Shown here in pieces: positions 16,644-23,949 of a stretch of 29,443 nucleotides of DNA (positions are counted from its first letter, which is position 1; every line of letters starts with the position of its first letter). Under the pieces are notes generated by a model. It had not been told where the DNA came from. It worked only from the letters and a program-made list of their open reading frames with translations, and made no database searches. This DNA comes from a virus (lineage: Duplodnaviria > Caudoviricetes). Both the position numbers and the translations under genes were made by a program. The stretch covers positions 1 through 29,443 of IMG/VR virus record IMGVR_UViG_3300037424_002061. One strand, given 5' to 3'.

Positions 16644-17426
16644 ATGTCACAAGCAGGTGCTATTAGCAGTAACGGGGGTGGGGGACTGGCGGAAACGTTC
16701 GTAGCTAATACGGGCTCCGCAACACCCTCATCTGGAGAGATAGATCTACTAGGTGGTACTCTCATAACCACATCCGCAGCGGGGAACACAGTAAACATAA
16801 ACGCCGCCGATAATGTCGTAGGCTCCGTTGTCACAGACTCCGGCACTGCTACTCCCGCGACGAATAGCTTCTCTATAGTCGGCGGAACGGGCATTGACAC
16901 TTCCGGATCGGGATCTACTGTAACAGTAACAATGGAAACCCCCGTAATAGTAGCAAATGGAGGGTCCGGAAGAGCTTCTGCTACAGCTTATGCTGTTATC
17001 TGCGGTGGTACTACATCCACCTCTGCCCACCAGTCAATAGCTTCCGTAGGTAGTTCAGGACAGGTTTTAACCTCTAATGGTGCTGCAGCGCTTCCAACTT
17101 TTCAAGATGCGGCAGCTGGTGGGCTAACGGCACCAGTTACCGTTACGTATAGAACTGTTTCTTCCACCGATGATTTAGACCCAACCGACTATTTTGTAGC
17201 TGTAGACACCACCGGAGGGGCTTTTACTCTAACTCTTCAGCAAACGGGAATGTCATCTAATCAAATCTTTGTAATCAAGGATATTGGGGGGGATTGCAGT
17301 ACTGAGAACCTTACCATAGACACTTCCGGAGCTGCTACGATTGACGGTGGGGCGACTTTTGTTATTAACGTGGACTATGGAGCGATAAACCTTCTGTACG
17401 ATGGTACAGATTTCTGGGTGTATTAA
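16644..17426 (+). CDS. Tail fibre-like protein
   Basis: S/T/G-rich TDSG.A.P..N..GGTGIDTSG repeats, GQVLTSNG...PTFQ, and a C-terminal VDTTGGAFTLTL...IKD...TIDG domain. Confidence 0.7.
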   Translation: MSQAGAISSNGGGGLAETFVANTGSATPSSGEIDLLGGTLITTSAAGNTVNINAADNVVGSVVTDSGTATPATNSFSIVGGTGIDTSGSGSTVTVTMETPVIVANGGSGRASATAYAVICGGTTSTSAHQSIASVGSSGQVLTSNGAAALPTFQDAAAGGLTAPVTVTYRTVSSTDDLDPTDYFVAVDTTGGAFTLTLQQTGMSSNQIFVIKDIGGDCSTENLTIDTSGAATIDGGATFVINVDYGAINLLYDGTDFWVY

Positions 17427-17848
17427 TGGCTTATGGTGAGATGTTTTCAACAGCAACAATGTCAACAGTACTTGAAGCTAGCTGGACACCTACAATCATA
17501 GGTACCTCAGGCGCAGGGGCGGGCACCTACTCGAATCAGTTCGGATCGTACAAGAGATACTCTGATTTAGTGTTTCTCTATGGACGGTGTACTTGGTCAG
17601 CTCATACCGGAACAGGGCTTATGGAGATGGGAACCTTTCCAATATCACCCGTCGGAGCGATAGCCCTTGGTAGATACTTTTCAGGACTTACCCTTTCCGA
17701 TGGATCAAGCACCTATGGCGACCTCTCTAATTTAATAATCATTGCAGATGATAATGTAACCTTCATGGGTCAACAATCTGGAAATACTGGCCAAATAAAC
17801 ATGGATTCTACCGGGGACGTTGCAGTGGGAGGAGCTATAATAGCTTAA
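17426..17848 (+). CDS. Stand-alone fibre-tip-like domain, paralogue 1
   Basis: MAY...EASWTPTI.G...G.GTY..Q.GSY.R...FP. Confidence 0.65.
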   Translation: MAYGEMFSTATMSTVLEASWTPTIIGTSGAGAGTYSNQFGSYKRYSDLVFLYGRCTWSAHTGTGLMEMGTFPISPVGAIALGRYFSGLTLSDGSSTYGDLSNLIIIADDNVTFMGQQSGNTGQINMDSTGDVAVGGAIIA

Positions 17849-18276
17849 TGGCATACAAGGCATTTGAACCATCCGGCGGAGTGTTAAGCCTTTACGAAGA
17901 AGGAACGTTCACCCCTGTATTGGGAGCTTCCGTTACAGATGGAACAGTGGGGTACGCGGCGCAAGTCGGAAGCTATGTACGCTTTAACAATTGGGTACAT
18001 ATATCTCTCCGAATTGTTTGGAGTACTTGGTCGGGATCATCAGGAACAATTAGAATCAAAGACATTCCATTTGCAGGGATAACATCAACACAAGCCACCC
18101 CATTAGCATTTAAAATTGGGGGGTTTACTCTTGGCACCTCTGATACGACATTAGTTCCTATCGTAGTTGAAGATCAAATATGGGTCAGATCGGCTAGAAG
18201 TAACGCTAATGCTACTGACATAACAGCGGGGGAAGCTGCCGGAGACATCACATTAACAGGGATATACGAAATCTAA
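17848..18276 (+). CDS. Stand-alone fibre-tip-like domain, paralogue 2
   Basis: MAYK...YEEGTFTPVLG...Y..Q.GSY.RF...IPF. Confidence 0.7.
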   Translation: MAYKAFEPSGGVLSLYEEGTFTPVLGASVTDGTVGYAAQVGSYVRFNNWVHISLRIVWSTWSGSSGTIRIKDIPFAGITSTQATPLAFKIGGFTLGTSDTTLVPIVVEDQIWVRSARSNANATDITAGEAAGDITLTGIYEI

Positions 18277-18716
18277 TGGCATACAAAAGCTTAATAGCTA
18301 ACACCGGAACCTTAAGTGAGTATGAAGAGGGTACATTCACCCCTGTTTTGGAAGGGTCTGGGGTTCCTGGAACACCTACATATGTTTCTCAACAGGGATA
18401 CTACATAAGATTCGGCAAGGTATGTATTGTCCGTATATTCATTCACATTAGTGCCTTTGCTGATGCTACGGGAGTGATGCGGATAGAGGGCCTTCCATTT
18501 ACTTCGGTAAATACAGGAAGCCTTTTTCAAGCATTGTACACCAGAGCCGGAGGGGTTACATACTCCGCTGGAGATACTATGTTACAGGCCTATATTGCTC
18601 CGAATGCGACAACTGTAAATCTATCAACAGTGGAAACGGGAAATACCGAGGTACTTCTCGCCATCGATACTAGCTTTTTTATCAACATTGACGGAAGCTA
18701 TATCATAGAAACTTAA
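18276..18716 (+). CDS. Stand-alone fibre-tip-like domain, paralogue 3
   Basis: MAYK...YEEGTFTPVLEG...TY..Q.GYY.RFG...GLPF. Confidence 0.7.
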   Translation: MAYKSLIANTGTLSEYEEGTFTPVLEGSGVPGTPTYVSQQGYYIRFGKVCIVRIFIHISAFADATGVMRIEGLPFTSVNTGSLFQALYTRAGGVTYSAGDTMLQAYIAPNATTVNLSTVETGNTEVLLAIDTSFFINIDGSYIIET

Positions 18717-18725
18717 GGGGAATTT

Positions 18726-19283
18726 ATTTCACAAGCAGGCGTTCTTACATCATCCGGCACACCACCACCACCAGGCACAGACATTTCCTTTACTCTTAAC
18801 GATGGAATGACCACATCTGTTGCTTCGGTGATGGAAGTTGTTGGAATTGATTCCATTGAGGAGGATGACAACGGAATATTCACTAGAGCTAATCCAAACC
18901 TTGGGAACAACACAGAGATAGTCCTTTCAAATAGAAGTGTTTATGAAGACTCGGTTACGGGAGCCGTCACGGTAGACCTCTTCACACAAGACCTAGGGGC
19001 GCAACCAGGCACGTACAACTTCCAAGTCTATATTTCAGCCTTCGAGAGTACTACCCCGGCAGCGGGTGCCTATACCATCTTCGGATCAATCAGAACTACC
19101 GGAGTGACTGCCACACTCATTATCACCCAAGATATTATCTCTGACGAAGAAGCTGCCATACTAGAGGCGGACGCTGAGCTTGTTGTTTCCGGTAACGACG
19201 CTATTTTAAGGGTTACGGGAGTTGCTGGCCTTACCATTAACTTTAAAGCCCTTGCAACATACATATTTGTAGGAAGTGCCTAA
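18726..19283 (+). CDS. Virion/tail protein, probable ATT start
   Basis: In-frame ATT TCA CAA GCA GGC (xSQAG) after AAGGGG mirrors the MSQAG start of 16644. The track start at 18807 is 27 codons downstream. Confidence 0.6.
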   Translation: MSQAGVLTSSGTPPPPGTDISFTLNDGMTTSVASVMEVVGIDSIEEDDNGIFTRANPNLGNNTEIVLSNRSVYEDSVTGAVTVDLFTQDLGAQPGTYNFQVYISAFESTTPAAGAYTIFGSIRTTGVTATLIITQDIISDEEAAILEADAELVVSGNDAILRVTGVAGLTINFKALATYIFVGSA

Positions 19284-20416
19284 TGCCAGGATCTAACAAC
19301 AACGTTCAGTATTCCAAAGGATACAGACTAGAGTTATCAGGGGCGCAAGAGGCTTACCTAGCGCAGAAAGCGGCTGATGATATCTCTATTCTTAACGTAG
19401 ACGGGGAGCCCAACGGCGTGGTGGAGGCAAACATAGGTTCAATAGGCTTTGACAGTACAAATGGCGACTGGTGGCGTAAGGACTCAGGAACGGGGAATAC
19501 TGGCTGGGTGCTTGCAAACGGAACGTTTACTACAGTGAAGGGCGATGACACGGTCACAACGTCACCTGATTCTAACGGTAACATTGAGCTTTCAGGGGTT
19601 ATCGTTGCTAACGGAACTAATGTAAAGCCGCTTTTCATAGCTCAAGACTCGGTAGATGCAAACCAAGAGAATTGGAACCTTCAACTCTCAACGGCCTTAG
19701 CCTCTGCACCATCTGACTCAAACGATGCTGGTATCTCAAGCTTTCTTAACACTCAATTTGCGGTAGACGCTAACGGTTTTGTCACACTTGTCGGGGGTGT
19801 TACTCCTCCAGCGCTTACGATTACAGGGGACGATTCACTAGCAACCCAGCCGAATGGTTCGGGAAACTGGAACTTTTCAGGGGTTGCCGTTGCAAATGCT
19901 ACTCATGCCACTCCTCTTTTTGTTAGACAAGATTCAGTGGATGCGAACCAAGAGAATTGGGATATACAAGTCTCTACAGCCCTTACAGGAGCTCCAGGGG
20001 ACAAAAACGATGCTGGTATAGCTTCTTTTGATGATACAGACTTCACCGTTGACGGAGACGGGTTTGTCCAGCTCGTAGGTTCTCCAACAATCTTTTGGCA
20101 AGAAGTAGCGATCAATACCAACATGGCCATCAACAATGGATATATAACCAATGCTGCCGGTTCAATCAACTTAGCCCTTCCAACCACAGCATCGGTTGGA
20201 GATAGAGTTAGATTAACCCGAAAAGGCGCAGGGGCGTTTGTAGTTCAACAAGCTGCGGGACAATCGATAAGATTCGGCTCTTCAATCACAACCACAGGTG
20301 GCACAGGAAGTATTACTTCCCTTAATGTCGGAGATTCGTTAGAAATATTATGTATAACAGCAAACAGTGGCTGGGAAGTGCTTTCCTCTATTGGAGCTGG
20401 ATTTACGATTGCTTAA
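19283..20416 (+). CDS. Tail fibre-like protein with internal duplication
   Basis: Two units of about 95 aa (GDD...GN...SGV.VAN.T...PLF..QDSVDANQENW..Q.STAL..AP.D.NDAGI.SF..T.F.VD..GFV.LVG) and a C-terminal NNGY...LALPTTASVGD domain. Confidence 0.7.
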   Translation: MPGSNNNVQYSKGYRLELSGAQEAYLAQKAADDISILNVDGEPNGVVEANIGSIGFDSTNGDWWRKDSGTGNTGWVLANGTFTTVKGDDTVTTSPDSNGNIELSGVIVANGTNVKPLFIAQDSVDANQENWNLQLSTALASAPSDSNDAGISSFLNTQFAVDANGFVTLVGGVTPPALTITGDDSLATQPNGSGNWNFSGVAVANATHATPLFVRQDSVDANQENWDIQVSTALTGAPGDKNDAGIASFDDTDFTVDGDGFVQLVGSPTIFWQEVAINTNMAINNGYITNAAGSINLALPTTASVGDRVRLTRKGAGAFVVQQAAGQSIRFGSSITTTGGTGSITSLNVGDSLEILCITANSGWEVLSSIGAGFTIA

Positions 20417-20427
20417 GGAAGTTCAAT

Positions 20428-21291
20428 ATGGCTAATGCTACCAATTCAGACAAAACGGGAGTCAGTTGCTATGATGGCGCAGGCACTTTCAACGGACGTA
20501 CAATCACCGCAGGCACGGGAATATCGGTTGCCGATGGTGATGGAGTATCAGCTAACCCAACGATATCAGCCGACGATGTGGTGGCTACTTCATATACGGC
20601 AGATTCCGGCTCTGCGGTCCCTGTTGCCAATAATCTCAATGTGTTAGGTGGAACGGGGATAGACACTTCAGGAGCTGACGATACACTTACTATCAGCGCT
20701 TCCGCGGATGTAGCGACTACGTACACCACAGATTCGGGAATAGCAACAGCGGCAGCGAATAACATAAATGTTGTTGGAACGGGATCCACATCCACTTCAG
20801 GATCGGGCTCTACTATTACTATTAACTCCACGGGAGGGTCTGCAGGTGGGGTTATTCAACAAATGAGAACAGCAACAACCTCCTACTTAACTCTTGGGGG
20901 AAATATTGATTTTGATAACTCAATTCCCCAAAGCTCTCAAGGTTCTCAATTATTTACCATGACGTTTACCCCAACTGATGCTGACTCTGTTCTTGTTTTT
21001 GAATGTTCGGTATTGTGTCTTGTAGAAGGAGGTTCGGCTGGGGGCACGTTTGCCCTTTTTGAGGGGGGTGCAGCCGGAGCCATATACTCCATTGGATGTT
21101 TGGATGGCGAGCTGATCAATTTATCATTCAAGTATTATAAAACAGCCGGAACAACTTCCCCAACTTTTTATCAGATTAAATGTGGAGCAAGTATATCAGG
21201 AAGAGATATTTACATAAATGGTAATGCATCAAATAGACTTTATGGAGGGGTGGCCTCTTCAAACTTTACAATCACAGAATACGGGGCTTAA
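20428..21291 (+). CDS. Tail fibre-like protein
   Basis: Start moved to ATG 20428 (AAGGA RBS). Shares the DSG.A....NN.NV.G...TSG repeat with 16644; C-terminal GGVIQ...TITEY domain. Confidence 0.7.
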   Translation: MANATNSDKTGVSCYDGAGTFNGRTITAGTGISVADGDGVSANPTISADDVVATSYTADSGSAVPVANNLNVLGGTGIDTSGADDTLTISASADVATTYTTDSGIATAAANNINVVGTGSTSTSGSGSTITINSTGGSAGGVIQQMRTATTSYLTLGGNIDFDNSIPQSSQGSQLFTMTFTPTDADSVLVFECSVLCLVEGGSAGGTFALFEGGAAGAIYSIGCLDGELINLSFKYYKTAGTTSPTFYQIKCGASISGRDIYINGNASNRLYGGVASSNFTITEYGA

Positions 21292-21293
21292 CA

Positions 21294-21482
21294 ATGGCAA
21301 AAGACAAGAATTGGGTTCAGGGCGCAATAAAAAATCCCGGATCTTTAAGAAAGGCTTTAGGAACACCTAAAGGCAAAGATATTCCCGCTTACAAGCTTAA
21401 TGCAGCAGCCGAAGGAAAATTCGGTAAAAAGAACGAGAAAAGAGCAGCTCTTGCCAAAACTTTAAAAGGGTTTAAAAAATGA
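21294..21482 (+). CDS. Small basic phage protein
   Basis: NWVQGAIKNPGSLRKALG...IP..KL.AAA...KRA.LAKTLK; Lys/Ala-rich. Confidence 0.75.
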   Translation: MAKDKNWVQGAIKNPGSLRKALGTPKGKDIPAYKLNAAAEGKFGKKNEKRAALAKTLKGFKK

Positions 21483-21676
21483 GATTAGTATCACTTTTGC
21501 TCATGTGCATGGTTTTATCATCTTGCGCAGTCAGGTTTCACGTTAGCGTAGAGACTGATTACAAGTCACTTTGTGACGAGTGTAAAAAAAAGCCTATGTT
21601 AAGCGGACCAGTTTACAAAGACAATCAATCAGATGGGATCAAAATCATTGATATTCCATTTTTGGCTCATCTATAG
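21479..21676 (+). CDS. Small lipoprotein
   Basis: Signal peptide MRLVSLLLMCMV with lipobox LSSC; ATGA overlap with the upstream gene. Confidence 0.7.
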   Translation: MRLVSLLLMCMVLSSCAVRFHVSVETDYKSLCDECKKKPMLSGPVYKDNQSDGIKIIDIPFLAHL

Positions 21677-21712
21677 ATCCTTGTAGATCTCTATAGATCC
21701 TTGTAGATCTCT
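21671..21712. repeat. Exact 20 bp tandem duplication
   Basis: CTATAGATCCTTGTAGATCT at 21671-21690 and 21691-21710, followed by CT. Confidence 0.95.
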
Positions 21713-21879
21713 TCTATATCTTTAGATGAAAGGCTTAACATGAATTCTTTGCAACAGACTAGATCACAGAAGCCAAGGGCGCAGTAAGCGTTTAGAATTA
21801 GATACATAGGCTCTTCAATATCTATGAATATGGGTAATTGGCAAAAAGAGCAGCGTAGGTCTTCCGGTCTCCCTAGCAT
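21691..21879 (-). CDS. Small Cys-rich (Zn-finger-like) protein
   Basis: CSFC...FCDLVC. Confidence 0.65.
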   Translation of the reverse strand: MLGRPEDLRCSFCQLPIFIDIEEPMYLILNAYCALGFCDLVCCKEFMLSLSSKDIEEIYKDL

Positions 21880-22109
21880 TCGATCATATGAAGGGTTTCC
21901 ATGGACCTTCTAAGCTCTTCTAGGAAGTTAGCTTCATCTTCACCAACACCCTCATGATGTTTGAGCCTAGCCCGAATTTGCTGGTCTAGATCCGATAGCT
22001 CACTGTAGAGGTCCTGAGCTAAAAGAAATATTCGAATCTCTCTGGAGTCTCTGTAAGGGCATCCTTTCAATTTCATTTCAAAGGATAGCGGTTCTAGTTC
22101 TTCATGCAT
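21873..22109 (-). CDS. Hypothetical phage protein
   Basis: GGAG RBS before ATG 22109; resembles 13299..13532. Confidence 0.7.
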   Translation of the reverse strand: MHEELEPLSFEMKLKGCPYRDSREIRIFLLAQDLYSELSDLDQQIRARLKHHEGVGEDEANFLEELRRSMETLHMIEC

Positions 22110-22122
22110 GTTGATCTCCAAT

Positions 22123-22263
22123 TTAAGTTACCTTAGCCCAAAGCTCTTCATCTTCGTAGTCGACAAGTATATCAGGATCTTCATTTTGAAGGATGTTGAT
22201 CCATTCTTCTTTAGTGATGAAGGCGTTTTCTCTTAAATAGTAGTAGAATTGTTCGGCAGTCAT
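22123..22263 (-). CDS. 46 aa acidic protein
   Basis: Not in the track. AAGGAG RBS; MTAEQFYYYLRENAFITKEEWINILQNEDPDILVDYEDEELWAKVT. Confidence 0.7.
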   Translation of the reverse strand: MTAEQFYYYLRENAFITKEEWINILQNEDPDILVDYEDEELWAKVT

Positions 22264-22277
22264 TGATTGTTATCTCC

Positions 22278-22314
22278 TTACGTTAAGGATAGCAATCAAA
22301 GATATTTAAAGCAA
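22278..22314. promoter_or_regulatory. Leftward promoter of the repeated TTGC-TAAATA class
   Basis: Minus strand TTGCTT-taaatatctttgattgc-TATCCT. Confidence 0.6.
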
Positions 22315-22396
22315 TATGAAAGTTCTCTTTGACTAAAAATACCCGTGTGTTCAAAATTAGGGGAGCGAAAATGAGAATTTTCATGTACATTTCTCT

Positions 22397-22436
22397 CCCG
22401 GTAGGTTTCCTCCAGTCTCCTATCGGGTTTTTTTTT
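22397..22436 (+). terminator. Rho-independent terminator
   Basis: CCCGGTAGG-13 nt-CCTATCGGG followed by T9. Confidence 0.8.
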
Positions 22437-22481
22437 AACACACTTAGGGGTAATATGGCCTCTAGGGAGTGAGTTTTTCCG

Positions 22482-22661
22482 ATGTTCAAGATACAAAACA
22501 ACAAAGTCTACAAGTCCGTCGTAGAGCCTTCAGAGCTCGATAGAACCGTTGCGATGCTTGAAGGGAGGCAATTCGTGGTACTTAGTATCTCTCACAAAAA
22601 AGACTCGGTACACATTCTCTATCAGAAGTTGGTCATTTGGCCTCTATCGGCAAGTTGGTGA
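22482..22661 (+). CDS. 59 aa mini-protein (beta-alpha-beta-beta pattern)
   Basis: Not in the track. GGGAG upstream; MFKIQNNKVYKSVVEPSELDRTVAMLEGRQFVVLSISHKKDSVHILYQKLVIWPLSASW. Confidence 0.6.
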   Translation: MFKIQNNKVYKSVVEPSELDRTVAMLEGRQFVVLSISHKKDSVHILYQKLVIWPLSASW

Positions 22662-22698
22662 TTTAATGACGGGCACGCTATGAGGAAGTTTTAAATCT

Positions 22699-23307
22699 CT
22701 AGAGATCAAAGATCTGGAATCGATTCTTTGGAATATAATTCTCATCTAAATAGGAACAGTTCATAAATTTAGTTTTTATCCCTAAAACCTCTTTAGTACC
22801 GTATGCTTCGTGGATGTGTCCAAAGATATTGTACCGAGGAGGTCTTTCAAAAATGGCGTCAAGAAGGTCTCTACAACCGGTATTAATGCCATTGATGTTA
22901 GTGTCCAGGATTCCATACGGTGGCCCGTGTGTAAGTAGTAGATCTAACTCCGTAGGGATTTCCTTCCAGTTCTCTTTCATCGGGTATCCACGGTCCTTCA
23001 TGAAGTACCAAGACTGGAATTTAGGCGTGTAGGGAGATCCCCAAATCCGTAACCCTTCTATCTCCACCGCACTATTATGAAGGTAATGAGCTCTTTTGAA
23101 AGGGTTTACCCGATGGGTTAGGTACTTGTCATGGTTGCCCCCAATGACGACGATATGCTTGAAGGGCCTAGAGTCTAACCACCTTGCAAACATGATGGTT
23201 TCCCCCTTGCCCCCATAGATAGTAAGGTCTCCCGTTACTATCAACAGGTCCCCTTCTGGGAAATCAGGTAGATATCCGTGAAGGTCTGACGTACACACTA
23301 CTCTCAT
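22699..23307 (-). CDS. Calcineurin-like metallophosphoesterase
   Basis: All five motifs present: SDLHG, GDLT, GNHD, LLTHGPP and FGHIHE. Confidence 0.95.
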   Translation of the reverse strand: MRVVCTSDLHGYLPDFPEGDLLIVTGDLTIYGGKGETIMFARWLDSRPFKHIVVIGGNHDKYLTHRVNPFKRAHYLHNSAVEIEGLRIWGSPYTPKFQSWYFMKDRGYPMKENWKEIPTELDLLLTHGPPYGILDTNINGINTGCRDLLDAIFERPPRYNIFGHIHEAYGTKEVLGIKTKFMNCSYLDENYIPKNRFQIFDL

Positions 23308-23543
23308 TTCTTTTCTTTAGAAGAAGGGGACAGGTCTACTTGAAGGCCTGTTTGTTGCTGAATTATATCTTCGGCAGCCTCTTCGACAGCATTGTCATCA
23401 CCCCAATAGTATTGAGATCCTATGCCAAGCGCTGTAGCCAGGGCAACGATGGTGAGAGTAATTAATATTCCAGTCATGGACATTCCCTTTGTTTTCTTGA
23501 TTAATTCGGCCACAATACGGCCAAAATTCTTTAAAACGGCCAT
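23304..23543 (-). CDS. Single-TM membrane protein
   Basis: Start moved to 23543 (AGGGGG RBS). TM segment ILITLTIVALATALGIG and acidic tail DDNAVEEAAEDII...TG..VDLSP. Confidence 0.7.
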   Translation of the reverse strand: MAVLKNFGRIVAELIKKTKGMSMTGILITLTIVALATALGIGSQYYWGDDNAVEEAAEDIIQQQTGLQVDLSPSSKEKK

Positions 23544-23562
23544 TTTTATCCCCCTGTTTTTT

Positions 23563-23652
23563 CTAGCAGAAGTAGAGAGCACTAAAAAATAGTATTGTGC
23601 TCACAATCACCACTATAGTCAGATGTTTTTCGTAAGGTCTTAAGTCTAACAT
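23563..23652 (-). CDS. 29 aa single-TM micropeptide
   Basis: MLDLRPYEKHLTIVVIVSTILFFSALYFC, with GGGGTG upstream. Confidence 0.55.
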   Translation of the reverse strand: MLDLRPYEKHLTIVVIVSTILFFSALYFC

Positions 23653-23732
23653 ATTTCACCCCAATGGTTAAAGACATAAATGAAGGAAACAATGATAATA
23701 ATTCCCATCCCCAAGCTTAAGTACTTTTCCAT
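23646..23732 (-). CDS. 28 aa single-TM micropeptide
   Basis: MEKYLSLGMGIIIIVSFIYVFNHWGEIC, with GAGG upstream. Confidence 0.55.
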   Translation of the reverse strand: MEKYLSLGMGIIIIVSFIYVFNHWGEIC

Positions 23733-23735
23733 ATT

Positions 23736-23948
23736 CTAATCCTCATTTGCAAAAAGCAAGTACAAACAATTGATGTAGTCTATCCGGTGGATATAGGAGA
23801 AATACACCGTATCCCCTACTCTATTAGAGCCCAATATTTCGTAACAATGGCTTTGGTGCTTCTTTTTAACCCTTTGCCATCTCTCTACCGAACACTGGCT
23901 CTCAAAGAGTGTGATCGTTTGATAACGGTCTATCCCTGTAGTATTCAT
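23736..23948 (-). CDS. Mini-protein (beta-alpha-beta-beta pattern)
   Basis: Tightly packed operon gene; FESQC...CYEILG...VYFSY. Confidence 0.65.
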   Translation of the reverse strand: MNTTGIDRYQTITLFESQCSVERWQRVKKKHQSHCYEILGSNRVGDTVYFSYIHRIDYINCLYLLFANED

Positions 23949-23949
23949 A

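Noticed and set aside
17426-18716. Shufflon or DGR acting on the fibre-tip paralogues
   Set aside because: All three are co-oriented with their own starts; no invertase, crossover repeats or adenine-specific TR/VR pair seen.
16607-21131. Assorted minus-strand ORFs across the tail cluster
   Set aside because: Shadows of tightly coupled plus-strand genes.
22283-22504. Minus-strand ORFs 22283..22504 and 22296..22496
   Set aside because: They run across two promoters and a terminator; the region is better explained as regulatory.
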